In this document: positions 1 through 12,474 of the stretch, in pieces
Numbering within the stretch: the first letter of the stretch is position 1
Layout of the letters: each line of letters opens with the position of its first letter
NCBI GenBank assembly: GCA_038087875.1
Contig: CM075977.1
Location: forward strand, 115,382,001 to 115,446,000
Reading direction: 5' to 3'
Length of the DNA stretch: 64,000 bases
Origin: Malacoraja senta
Taxonomy: Eukaryota
Made by a program: the position numbers and the translations under genes
Notes under the pieces: model-generated
What the model saw: only the letters and a program-made list of their open reading frames with translations
Databases searched by the model: none
What the model was told of the DNA's origin: nothing

Positions 1-1552
1 TAATACTCTTTTATAGGTTGTATTGAGTCTACGTCCATCACCATTTCAGGAAGTGCTTTCCAGATCTTAACAATATGTTCAGTATCTTTTTGCTAATTTT
101 TGAAAGTTACTTCAATCTGTGCCCTCTGACCCATCAACCACAGGAAATAATTCTGTCTTATTTTACCAAACCACTTCCTTGGAAACTTATGTACTCATAT
201 TTCAGGAATTCCTCCCTCCCTCGATCCTTTGCACTATTAGTTTTTAACTCAATCTTAGAATAAATGATCAGCCTATTATTTTGCCTGTGAATTTTGCCTG
301 CAATTTGCCTGTGAATTTGCCCTATTTGGTGGCCAGTGTGATAAACTCGTCAATATAATAACCCACCTATTTTCCTTAATTTTAATCAAATAGACTCTGT
401 GTTTGAGCACTTAAGTGTCATCCATTGTTGTAACAGTTCTGTTGATCAGTACCCCCCATCCTGTCAGTCAAACCCCAACACAAAGTATAGCCAGGTCTAT
501 TAAATCTTTATGCCTCCCTATGTTTGAGCCATGTTTGTTGTGAGGTTGCCAGTATATCATCAACCCAAGTGACTACTTGTCTTGAGGCTCAAGAGCCATA
601 TTTACTGTATTCTGGATAGTTACCACATGCACTCTGTATCCACCTTTGACTGGCTCACATTGACTCGATGAAATTAAGGAAAGCACTTTATGGCATGATT
701 GCCGGATTCTCATTCAGACTGCTACTGACTCATTTTTTAAATTGTTCTGATACATATTCCATGTTTTATGTTTTTACCAGTAGAGAGCAAATTAGTGGGT
801 GCCAACATCATGCTGTTGAATCTGAATAATGAATTTGGTACTCAAAGTAAATATACGAAAATAATTCTAATTATTTTCACCAGAAAACATTACACAGAAA
901 CATCAGAGTACATAATTGCTGTTATTTTTTGAGTAGTCCAACATTTTTCATGCAGGTTGAAATGTTGACATTGGGATAATTTGATCAAATCAAGTCGGCT
1001 TTAGAGTCATAAAACATTTGACCTTTTCTCATCCACATTTAGTATTGGCATTGTTGTAACAAGTAAACTCTGTAGAACGCAAATATCCTACTGATTTCAG
1101 AGCAGCCCATTTTAAATATTTAAACAAGCTGTTCATCCTCATAACACAACTGCCTTGATCTTCTACTTTGAGCACGTGTAAAATAGTGACTGCATTCGTG
1201 ACACTGACTGGGGGGGGGGGGAGTTCTACCATATCATCCTTGGGTCTCGTACACTCTATTTCCACCAGGCAGGAGAGCTGGGAGTTCAGATTGAGATCCA
1301 CAATATTGTGCAGAATGCTGATATAAATTATGGTAGGTCAATAATCATGGTTTCCTCATTAGCTAGTTTGATACTTGCAATGGCAAATCACTCTGCTGCA
1401 AATTAGCAGAGTTCATATGATGTGATACATGGATTTTAGCATGGGGTGACAAAGGCCCACATCACACATTGATTAAGAAGTTAAAAGTTCATCAAGATTC
1501 ATGGGGAAATAGCAAGTTGGAATAAAAATTGGATCAGTGGCAAAAAATCAAA

Positions 1553-1955
1553 GGCCAGAGTGAGTCCCACCACAAATTGGAGGAGCAGCACCTCATATTT
1601 CTCCATGGCCAGAGTGAGTCCCACCGCAAATTGGAGGAGCAGCACCTCATATTTCGCTTGGGTAGGTTACATCCCAGTTGTATGAACATTAACTTCTCCA
1701 ATTTCAGGTAGTCCTTGCTTTCTCCCTCCTTCCCCTCCCTTTCCCAGCTCTCCCACAGCCCACTGTCTCTGCCTCTTCCTTTCTTCTTCCCTGCCCCCAC
1801 CCCCCCCCCCCCACCCCCACATCAGTCTGAAGAACGGTCTCGACCCGAAATGTCACCTATTCCTTCACTCCATAGATGCTGCCTTACCCGCTGAGTTTCT
1901 CCAGCATTTTTGTCTACCTTTGATTTTTCCAGCATCTGCAGTTCTTTCTTAAACA
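1553..1955 (+). mobile_element. Penelope-like element 3' end (GIY-YIG tail plus pseudo-LTR), inserted in an old CR1 remnant
   Basis: Encodes QSESHRKLEEQHLIFRLGRLHPSCMNINFSNF, followed by a pLTR containing CTGAAGA..GAAA. Confidence 0.85.
1821..1860 (+). ncRNA. Minimal type I hammerhead ribozyme motif (degenerate)
   Basis: CTGAAGA-A-CGGTCTCGACCC-GAAA-TGTC. Confidence 0.6.
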
Positions 1956-2888
1956 AAGTGCATTGGTTGATGGTTGAATATCACTTTACTGGGTGGAGGA
2001 CTAAATACAGTGAGATCCCACTGTATCCCACTGTATGTTCCATGCTTTTTATGGTATATTTTAAACAGACGAAACTGAATGCACCATATTAGGATGATTG
2101 CAAACTATACTAAAATTGGTTATGTAGCTGATAGCATTACAAAATATTGTAGGCTGCAGAAAGATATCTTCAGTGTTCAATCCTGACCTGACCTTGCACA
2201 CTTTCCCTTGGGTTTATCTCCAGTTTCTCCAGTTTTCTCGTGCAACCACAATAAGTTAGTTGGTTACTGGAAATCACCTCTTAGTATCGGCAATTGGCCA
2301 AAGAATTAAAGAGAAGTATGAGAGAAATTAAGTTGGGTTACTTTTTATGAAAAAGGGCTTTTGGTTTAAATGAAAAGTATGGCAAGGGAGCTCAGTCCCA
2401 TGTGCAACCTCGACTATGTGGGATTTCCAGACACTCCTCTGGCCTGGATGACTTCATCCACAGGAATGTTTGAGCATAAGCTGGAGACATTCTGGTGCAT
2501 CTGAGAAGCTGGGAGTTATATTGATAGCATATTAATACAAGTGGGTCATCACGCAGCTTACAGAAATCCACTCAGAGATGGAATGGTTGGTCATCGGGCA
2601 GATGAAGAAAAGCAGGTAGTCAGGGAAGCCTCAGGGTGCATCAAAGGATCGAACCATTTTTTCTGCAGTTGAAAATGGTCAGATTAAATGTTCCTTTTGG
2701 AGAGAACAGCCCATAGCCCAATCCAAGTCCCTTCATTATTGAGAGCTTGGTAGAAGATTAAAGAGCAGAATCTCTAAAGTTGAAATCTCCAGTTGTTTCC
2801 ACTGCCTAGTGCTAGGAATAGAAAGATAGGCCAGATTAATGCATGAGAGGATGATGCAGAAGGGAGTTCTTTCAATTTTCAGGATCAC

Positions 2889-3560
2889 AGGAAGAAAGCG
2901 AATGGCATGTTGGCCTTCACAAGAGGAGTTGAGTATAGGAGCAAAGAGGTTCTCCTGCAGTTGTACAGGGCCCTAGTGAGACCACACCTGGAGTATTGTG
3001 TGCAGTTTGTGTCTCCAAATTTGACGAAGGACATTCTTGCTATTGAGGGATTGCAGCGTAGGTTTACAAGGTTAATTCCCATGATGGCGGGACTGTCATA
3101 TGCTGAGAGAATGGAGCAGCTGGGCTTGTATACTCTGGAATTTAGAAGGATGAGAGGAGATCTTATTAAAACATATAAGATTATTTAGGGTTTGGACACG
3201 CTAGAGGCAGGAAACATGTTCCCGATGTTGGGGGAGTCCAGAACCAGGGCCACAATTTAAGAATAAGGGGTAAACCATTAGAACGGAGATGAGGAAACAC
3301 TTTTTCAAACAGAGAGTTGTGACTCTGTGGAATTCAGTGCCTCAGAGGGTGGTGGAGGCCGGTTCTCTGGATACTTTCAAGAGAGAGCTAGATAGGGCTC
3401 TTAAAGATAGCGGAGTCAGGGGATATGGGGAGAAGGCAGGAACGGGGTACTGATTGTGGATGACCAGCCATAATCACATTGAATGGTGGTGCTGGCTCGA
3501 AGGGCCGAATGGCCTACTCCTGTACCTATTGTCTATTGTCTATTGTCCATTGTCTATTGA
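2889..3560 (+). mobile_element. CR1 LINE, 5'-truncated 3' end
   Basis: LYRALVRPHLEYCVQF...RRMRGDLIKTYKI (CR1 ORF2 C-terminus), 3' UTR and (CTATTGT)n tail. Confidence 0.92.
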
Positions 3561-4169
3561 CAGGGACAATCTGTGGGGATGGTGAACCTTTGCACCTGAC
3601 CAGAAAGGTCCAGCACTTTTATGGGCCAGGGTTGGAGATTGGGTTAGTGATGGATGTTGTTGCTGGCGTTGATAAGGATGTTTAAAACCAGATTGACAAA
3701 GAGTGGCACTCAGAGTAGATGCACAGTAAAAGGGGAATAACATTCATATAAAAGCTGAGTCTTTTGTGCATCCGTATGGACCTGATGGGTTGAATGGTCG
3801 CCTTCTGTATCAAAGTAAGTAAACAAGAAAGATGCTAATGGCAAGAGTTGGTGGGAAATAAGTACCAAATGGAAATCAATTTAGATGAGCGTGAGGTTAT
3901 GTAAACAAGGCAAATAAATAAATAATCACTGTGAGAATGCAAAGAAGTTTGGCCGTACAGAGTGATCTATGAATGCCTTTTTGCAGATCTCTGAAGGTAG
4001 CTGGCCAGATTACAAAAGTGATTCAGTGGGCACTTGGGATACATGTTTTCGTCAGCTGAGGCGTAGAATCCAAGAGCAAAAAGGTTATGTAGGATCAGTG
4101 TTTAGACTTGTCCAGGTCTGGTGAAATAGCTGCTAAGTATTCCCTTGTCAAAGATGGCATAGATTTTGG

Positions 4170-4305
4170 TTTAATATAGAGATACATCAAGGAAACAGGC
4201 CCTTCACCCCATTGATCACCCGTTCACACCAGCACTATGTTATCCAACATTCTCATCCATTCCCTACTCAGGGTCAATTTTGCAACGGCCAAGTTAACCT
4301 TTCTG
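4170..4305 (-). mobile_element. V-SINE 3' fragment
   Basis: Matches the tail of the SINE copies at 15335 and 28805. Confidence 0.6.
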
Positions 4306-4900
4306 ACTGGTAATTAAGCCATAAAAAGAAAGTAAATGTCTTCAGAGGCGTTGCCAGGAGGATGCTCATTTATGTTGACCAAATTCTTTGGAAGGTCTTT
4401 ATGTGAGAATTAGATTCTTCCTTATGAATATATAATGGTTATTTGATCTGGTCGTTTGTGATGTCTAAATATAGGTTGAGATAAAGAGGCATTAAAACTT
4501 TGTGTGGCTGAACTAAGATTTGGGTAGAGAAAGATGAAGAATCCACCCTGTAATAAAGGCTGTATTTTGACCAAGAAAAACATATTTTGATATTTGAGCC
4601 ATTTTAAAATATAGTTGCAATGGTCTCTTAAAGGAAATTTCCAATTCATTTTCACTACTATTTCGCACTGTACCATATTTGGTAAAAGCCATGGGTTGTA
4701 GTGACACATTTGTTAAGGATTGTTTCCCAACCACAACTTGGTCAGTTTTACTGGAATCTTCAGTTTTGGAATGATTACAAAATATGAACATTCTGGTCTC
4801 CTTTATTTCTTAATCTTATTAGACGAATCTTGAGGACTGGAGCCAACTGTTTCAACTGGACTAATTTTTTCAAACTAAGTCAAGTATGTATAATGAAGGT

Positions 4901-4986
4901 ACACAAAAATGCTGGAGAAACTCAGCGGGTGCAGCAGCATCTATGGAGCGAAGGAAATAGGTAACGTTTCGGGCCGAAACCCTTCT
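4901..4986 (-). mobile_element. 86-bp Penelope pLTR insertion with truncated hammerhead and 10-bp TSD
   Basis: TAATGAAGGT at 4891-4900 and 4987-4996; minus strand reads AGAAGGGTTTCGGCCCGAAACGTT. Confidence 0.8.
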
Positions 4987-5139
4987 TAATGAAGGTGTTT
5001 TTAAAGTCTCATTGAAGACATAATTTTAAAATAATAGTTGCAAATTGAAAAGGACTCAAGAGAAATTTTAGCAGAAATATTTTAGTTTGAGTCAGAAGAT
5101 TACATTTGTGTCTCATTCCAGAGAGTTAAGCATAAAACT

Positions 5140-5300
5140 TGATCTAACATTTCAGTTTCATACTGAAACACTGTCAAGGGTGCCAAATTTTCCATGTGAT
5201 TGACCTCTCGGGTAGATGTAAAAGGTCCTATAGTATTATTCCATAAAAGAACAAGAGATTTATCCTCATTCCCCAAACAATCTCTCCTCAGCCAACATCT
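5140..5300 (+). mobile_element. Ancient Deu-domain SINE remnant (SacSINE1/AmnSINE-like)
   Basis: CTCTCGGGTAGATGTAAAAGGTCCTATAGTATTATTC resembles the Deu core as I recall it. Confidence 0.5.
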
Positions 5301-5514
5301 CTACCCACTTTCGATGGTGGTGTTGACCTTTCTCCATGCTAATTACATATATATTGTTGCCAATGTTCAATAGTAACCACGGTCCAATGTTGAAATGCAA
5401 CAGAAATTCCACCCATGTTTCAGATCTTTGCACAATTACAAATATTTCAAAAATATTCTGCATTTACATGTTTTTTGCCTTTCCCTTCAGCAGAACTAAT
5501 TCACCTTATCTCTT

Positions 5515-5735
5515 ATGTGGAGGAAGGAACTGCAGATGCTGGTTTAAATCGAAGATAGACACAAAAAGCTGGAGTAAGGACCGGCAATGGGACAGCGGGA
5601 CAGGCAGCATCTCTGGAGATAAGGAATAGGTGATGTTATGTGTCGAAGAAGGGTCTCGACCCGAAACTTCACCCATTCCATCTCTCCAGAGATGCTGCCT
5701 GTCCTGCTGAGTTACTCCAGCTTTTTGTGTCTATC
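5515..5735. mobile_element. Palindromic (inverted) Penelope pLTR mini-element with 15-bp TSD
   Basis: TTCACCTTATCTCTT at 5500-5514 and 5736-5750; two inverted arms; hammerhead remnant GAAGAAGGGTCTCGACCCGAAAC at ~5645. Confidence 0.82.
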
Positions 5736-6399
5736 TTCACCTTATCTCTTGTCTTCTTCTTCGTTCTCCCCCTTGATATTTTGTGTCATCTGGCATTTTA
5801 ATAAAACATTTTTCTTCTTCTCAGATACCTCTTAACAATCTTTGAAAACTAGCATTCTGCTGGATCTTTTCACACATTCACTAAGCTCTGATCCCATTAG
5901 TCACCCATTACCATGTTTTTGACAGCCCTCCTCACCACCAATGAAACAGTCCTCGCGCGCGGGAGGCCTGAGCTTCATTCACAAATTACTAAAATTTAAT
6001 AAAATTCAAACTAATTTCAACATTTTTGCCTTTGCACCCACTTCTTTTACCAAGGCTTTATTCTTTACTTATGCCTTTAGAATTCATATCTGATCTGGAC
6101 TCTTCCTACTAGCTTCTTATACTCTCCAGATCTATTCCATGAATTGAATTGCCAACATAACATTATATTTTGCTACTGCACTTGATTACCTAACTTTCCT
6201 CCTTTGATTTTGCTCAGGTACAACTCGAATTATATCTTTCAACCAAATGATGAGAGCCAGTCTGTAACAGTTTGGTGAAAATGTTCATCCTACAGAGTTG
6301 GAACAGCAGCCCTCTGTAGCTGCTTCCCAATGGCCAACAACATCATTACCATTCCTCTGTAGTTATTACTCTCCCAAACCTCCACAGCTTGTCTGTTCT

Positions 6400-7314
6400 T
6401 GCTCCTTCAAAATGATTTTTCTCCATTTGATTAATTGCTAATTTCTTCCAATCCAATGACACTTGACCAATCCACCATCTTAATGGTTTCCTGATCCCCA
6501 TCATGTAATTTACCTCATAGATCATCTCGTACAAATATTCCACTTCTTCCCCCACAAGGATTGCCTGAGGACCATTTTGCTTCCCCTCGACCATGACTGA
6601 AGCATTCCTCTACCACTGCCCTTTTCCGCCTGGCTGAACTTGTTCTCTCATTGACCAATTCCTTTCACTCTGCTCACTTCTTCCAGATAAAAGGTGTTGC
6701 TATGGGAACACAGATGGGTCCTGGCTATGCCTACCTCTTTGTGGTGTACATTGACGATTCTTTGTTCCACTCTTACTCAGATCTTCTCAATCGCCTTTTT
6801 TCCAGGATGTAGATTAATGTGTCAGTTTCCGTTCCTCCCTTATCCTGAGCTGGATATTTTCATTAACTTTGGTATTAGTTTGCACCCAAACTTCACCTAT
6901 GTATTGTACAGGAAGGAACTGCAGATGCTGGTTTAAACCGAGATAGACGCAAAATGCTGGAGTAACTCAGCAGGATTGTCTATCTCCAAATCTTTCTTAC
7001 CTTTCCTCAGTTTCCCTAACTCCATTTCCAGGGATAAACCAGCCACCTTTACTGTGGGATCTCTGCCCCACTATCAATTTTCTTGGTCATTGGTGCATCT
7101 CTTCTAACAAGCCCACTTTTTAAATATTCATATTTTCTGCTCTCTTCTATTTTCTTCAATCAAGGATTTCCCTACAGAGAGGGTTTAAAGTTACCCAAGG
7201 ATTGCCGTACAGAGAGGGTTCAAAGTTACCCTCTCTGCTCTCTTTCTTTTCCAGAACACCCCGAAAAAGATTCCCTTGCTCCTATCTTTGAACTCACCAA
7301 CCTTCCCATTCAAT
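6400..7314 (+). mobile_element. Old, decayed Penelope reverse transcriptase region (continues after 8103)
   Basis: KGVAMGTQMGPGYAYLFV at ~6690 is a PLE RT motif; many indels; contains a short pLTR insert at ~6905-6975. Confidence 0.7.
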
Positions 7315-8086
7315 ATATACACAAAAAGCTGGAGTAACTCAGCAGGACAGGCAGCATCTCTGGTGAGTAGGAATGGTTCTTCAGACTGGTTAGGGATAAG
7401 GGAAACGAGAGATATAGACGGTGATGTGGAGAGATAAAGAACAATGAATGAAAGATATGCAAAAAAGTAATGATGATAAAGGAAACAGGCCATTGTAAGT
7501 TGTTTGTCGGGTGAAAATGAGAAGCTAGTGTGACTTGAGTGGGGAGGGATGAGAGAGAGAAAGAATGCCAGGGCTACCTGAAGTGAGAGAAATCAATAAT
7601 CATACCACTGGGCTGTAAGCTGCCCAAGCGGAACATGAGATGCTGTTCCTCCAATTTGAGTTTAGCCTCACTCTGACAATGGAGGAGACATTGGACAGAA
7701 ATATCTGTGGAGGAATGGGAAGGAGAATAAAAGTGTCCAGCAACCAGGAGATCAGGTAGGTTGAGGCTGGCTGAGCGAAGGTGTTTCGCGGAACATTCCC
7801 TCTCTCTCTATCCCTCCCCCATCCAAGTCGCACAAACAGCTAACAATGGTCTGTTTCCTTTATCATCGTCACTTTTTGTATATCTTTTATTCATTGTTCT
7901 TTATCTCTCCACATCACCATCTATATCTCTCGTTTCCCTTATCCCTAACCAGTCTGAAGAAAGGTCTCGACCCGAACTGTCACCCATTCCATCTCTCCAG
8001 AAATGCTGCCTGTCCCGCTGAATTACTCCAGCTTTTTGTGTCCATCTTCGGTTTAAACCAGCATCTGCAGTTCCTTCTTACACATA
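7315..8086. mobile_element. Younger Penelope element with inverted pLTR arms and 17-bp TSD, nested in the older PLE
   Basis: CAACCTTCCCATTCAAT at 7298-7314 and 8087-8103; arms ~7320-7510 and ~7830-8045 are reverse complements; GIY-YIG tail on the minus strand at ~7580-7790. Confidence 0.85.
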
Positions 8087-8244
8087 CAACCTTCCCATTC
8101 AATTGACCATCCCCATTATATCCAGGAATTCCAAGATGGCACCCAACACAGGCGACTATTTGCGTGCTAGCCACAGAAGCAGAGCTACAAACTCATAATA
8201 CAATCACTCCACACTCTTAAATCTCTATCCCTACAGCAACATTT

Positions 8245-8415
8245 CTTACTTTACTGGCTTTATCCTGCACTAAACGTTATTCCCTTATCATGTATCCATA
8301 CACTGTAAATGGGTCGATTGTAATCATGTATTGTCTTTGTACTGACTAGTTAGCACACAACAAACGTTTTTTACTGTACCTCAGTACACGTGACAATAAG
8401 CTAAACTGAAGCTGA
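8245..8415 (+). mobile_element. LINE-derived 3' tail repeat (same family as 32935-33108)
   Basis: Shared GATTGTAATCATGTA...TACACGTGACAATAA..CTAAACT. Confidence 0.65.
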
Positions 8416-8908
8416 AACAGTGTGATGCCTTCACTTTTCCGCTATTGTGTAGGCAAGTGGTAGAATCTGGAAAAAGTTGAAGGAAACATTGGAGACAAAA
8501 AAATGGGATTAGCATAAATGGGTCCTTAAAGTTTGGAGTCGACTCATTGGCTAAAAGATTCCCTGCCACTTGCCACTATGGCTATGGCACCCTTGAACTG
8601 TTACCATTAAACACATTATATAAATGAAGTTCTTGTACTTTGAAACAGCACAGCATGAAAAGATAGAATATAGAAAAAATGAGCTGCAGCTTTACACGAA
8701 AGAACACAGTGCTGGAGTAACTTTACTCTAAATGTTAGAAGGATGAAAAGCAAGGAAAGAGTTGAAGATTGCCATGTAGAGGTAGGGGTAGGTTCATTAA
8801 TTTAGCTCATTATGTTAGAATCTATCTATTTATTATTTATTACATAACTAAAACTCTGATCTTGTTATCTTCTGGTTTGTGTGGTTTTTCTGTTTGCGCA
8901 AAAACGGC

Positions 8909-10112
8909 TTAAAATATTTGACAGTGTAATCCAGCCTATTGCGCTTTATGGTAATAAAGTATGGGAGCCGCTCAGTCACCATAGTTATAGTAAATGGGAA
9001 AAACATACAACGGAGGCCCTGCATGCGGAATTTTGTCGGAACATCCTCCGCATCCAAAGGAAAACACCAACAAACGCATGTAGGGCGGAATTAGGCAGAT
9101 ACCCACTGATAATAAATATCCAGAAAAGAGCACTAGATTTTTGGAATCACCTTAAATCTAGCCCACCAGATACCCTCCAGTTTAAAGCCCTTAAACACAA
9201 GAGGGGAGCCCAGAAAAGAGTTCCATTTGTCAGTTGGTACTGAGACTAACTACCCCCATTCAGTTAAACCCTATCCAGTTAAATCCTGACCAGCCTCAGA
9301 TCAATACTGATCCCCAATCACCACTTAGAGTGAACCAAATTATCAAACAATGTAAAGAAACGTATTTGGAACATTGGGATAAAGAAACCAAAAGCCAAAG
9401 CAGATTAGAATGTTACTGTGCCCTAAAAAGAGATTATAAATTGGCAGACTATCTCTCAACTGTTAGAGACATAAAACAGAGACAGACCCTCACCAAATAC
9501 AGGCTAAGTGACCACTATTTGGCAGTTGAAAAAGGAAGACAGAAGAGATTCTGGCAACCAAGAGAAAACAGAATATGCGGCCACTGTTTGACAGATGAGG
9601 TTGAAACAGAGGTGCACTTCCTCCTAAAATGCAAAAAAATTGACAAAACAAGGAAAACATACTTTGACAAACTCAGTCAGGCAACCCCTGATTTTAAAGA
9701 ACTAGATGATACATCAAAACTAAGAATAATCCTTGGTGAAGGAAATACGGCACATCTTGGTGCACAATACGTAACAGCATGCCATAACCTGAGAGACGGT
9801 GAATGACCAATATGCACATATGTACGCACACACTAATTGACATTAACTGACACTAAGAAATTAATATTGAATTGTTAAATTTGCTATCCTGTTGTACTGC
9901 TTACAGCTGCAAGAACGTGTAGCAATCAATAAAGGGCTATAGGCCTCTTGCGAGTTTATGTACAGGGACATATCTATCTATGCACTGTATACTTGTATTT
10001 ATACTTATGCATTTTAAATATGTATGTCATGTTTTATACTTTGGCAATATAACAATGTATTTTTTATCATGCCAATAAAGTTTTTAGATTGAAATTGAAT
10101 TGAATTGAATTG
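8909..10112 (+). mobile_element. RTE-X-like LINE 3' end (ORF2 C-terminus with CCHC finger), one frameshift at ~9195
   Basis: RAELGRYPL...KYRLSDHYLAVEKGR...RICGHCLTDEVETEVHFLLKC; AATAAA followed by a (TTGAA)n tail. Clade assignment is from memory. Confidence 0.8.
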
Positions 10113-10300
10113 AGAGAGAGGAGGGAGCGCTGGGGGATGAGGGAGAATGGAAGAGGGTAGGTGTAGGAAGAGGGATGGTGAAGTAATGGAGGAGTGGAGG
10201 GGGAAGAGGGGTGAGGGGAGTGAGGGGAGGAAGCAGAAGAGGGTTGGTGGAGGGAAGATAATGGAGGAGGGGAATAGGGGACTGAAGAGGGAGAGTGAGA
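10112..10300 (+). repeat. G/A-rich low-complexity tract
   Basis: Direct reading. Confidence 0.85.
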
Positions 10301-12474
10301 TGCATTCGCATTGATCTTTTATTTTACAAGTTATTGACATTTTAAACTTTAAAAAAGTCAGCCGCTCCTGCGCAGTTAGGGGCTATGGGTAAGTGGTGGA
10401 ATATTGCGTTGAGGGAACGGGTTGCGTTGGGGTAACGTGTGAGTGGTGGAATATTGCGTTGGGGAACGGGTTGCATTGGGGGACTAGGCCTCCTGTGTGA
10501 CGGACCCACTTAGTCTAGTTAAAAATAATACTGCAGATGCTGAAAATCAAAAGTAGAAATAGAAAATCTAACAAAGCACCACAGATCAGGAAGCATGGGC
10601 AGAACTACAGGACAAAATTTTGCAACAAAGAATCATCGGTCTAAATGTTAAATCTTCACTTTGTGCCTGACCTGCTACGGAGTACCAGTATTTTCTCTTT
10701 TCATTTGAGGATAAACTGATGAAACCATGATCCAATGTACTGCTTCCCCTTGGGTAATATATATTAATTTAATCTTAATGTTATAAAAATCTGTCTCCAT
10801 AGATGGATTTAACTGATTGCTGGACATTTTCAGATATTTACACAAAAACTGGTCACCACATTTTTTAAGTATCATGGATTTTTTTACTTTTTTTCCATTT
10901 GGAGTTAAAATAAACTTTGTTTTATCCTCAACAAGTTTTTTTGCTATAATCATTAAGAACATTTATATTTATCATTGAGATCTTCAAATTTTCCAACCAA
11001 AAATGATAAATACCAGTGTGTAAGAAATTAAATTGAATCGGTTAAAATATTCATTGATAATTTGTGTGATACAAACTGGGAGCTGCAAAACTGAGATGCT
11101 ACTGTGCTATCAACAACAGGAGAGTGCAATTACAACGTGATAAGTTTACATAGCCAGTTTTCATTATAAATGATAATATAGGGATTTATCATAGAACACA
11201 CTAACTGAAGGGTAGACAAACAATGTTCACGTATGGATCATATTTAGCATTACTGGAATAAGTCGCATATTTCCAGGCTTGACCTTGGAAGTCAAGTAAC
11301 ATGCTAGAATTAAATTGTAGTAGGAAGATTTGGTTTAGATGCTATGAAGTTCAAAATAATCTTCTTGCTGTTAAGAACTATTCATTATAGAAAGAGTACA
11401 ATTTACCTTTCACAGTGTGTTGAAATTTTCAGATTAAAACAACAGAACAAAAAAACCCCACAGAATACACAGAGATGTCACCATTTTTGCAATTAGCCAT
11501 TCAACCTGGGCAAGAAAGTTCATGTCAGTTTGCAATGCTGTTGGTGTCCTCATTGCATGGATGATCTTGAAAAGAACGACATTTATGTGAATTTGAGCAT
11601 TCATCTTTCACATCATTTACGGGACTGTGAGAAATTCCAGCCATCAGTTGGTACTCTGAATGAAGAAGAAAAACAAAAAGAGAAGCGGTCCTTAAACACA
11701 GTGCAAAATAAATCCAGAGTGGTTTATTGACAAAAAGAAAGCAGTTGCAGACATATCAGAACTTCACCTCAATTCAATCTATTACAGCCATAAATGGGGC
11801 AGCAGACAGAAAGAGGAGAAGCCTACCTGATCCCAGGCTTACTTAACTTCTCTTGCAGCCAATGCACTCCTCCAAGACTCTTCTGACTTAAGGTCACAAA
11901 ATACTTCAGAGGTAAGATGATCAACAGAGATAACAGTTGATTTGGATTTTCTCTGCCTGCAATTAAAATTGTGGCGCATAAACATGATTTCTGAGAATAT
12001 TACCAGCACAACAGGGGTGACATTGGGAACTTGGGAAGTTGTTTTTCCAGAAACTGTCCTCAATTGCCACATTTACTAAATTATTAAAAGTGTCTAAAAT
12101 GTGTGCCCGGCCCCCAGCAGAACTTAGAACAAGACAGCAGCTGGACAATTATGTCAAGATCAGACCATCTCTGGTCTCCAGTAATGGCCATGGCAGAGTT
12201 AGCAATGTCGACAGTAAATTTAATTTATAAGGGTAGAAAGCCAGGCCACTGCCTGCCAATTGCCTGCTACAATCAACTTGTACATGTCCACCAGCAATAG
12301 GATATTTACCCAAGTATCTTATATCGATCCCAGCTCTTTTAGATCCCTGTGTCGGCCATCTCAGTTCAGAAATTGTAAAAAGCAATATCCACTTTTGGGA
12401 ACTGCAGGTCATTGCCTGGACACGATGACACTGATGGAGCCCACATATTTATTTTGAGGTTCATGTTATTCTCA

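Larger units (their letters stand above)
8821..10518 (+). mobile_element. Non-autonomous Helitron-like element containing an RTE-X fragment
   Basis: 5' A|TCTAT..ACATAACTAAAACT..GATCTTG matches the element at 36789; 3' end CTAG|T at 10515-10518. Confidence 0.65.

Noticed and set aside
1553-1660. CRISPR-like or other repeat array
   Set aside because: Only two adjacent copies with no spacers, in a eukaryotic retroelement.
11700-12460. Possible exon or transposase remnant (several short ORFs)
   Set aside because: No recognisable motif in any frame; frequent stops.
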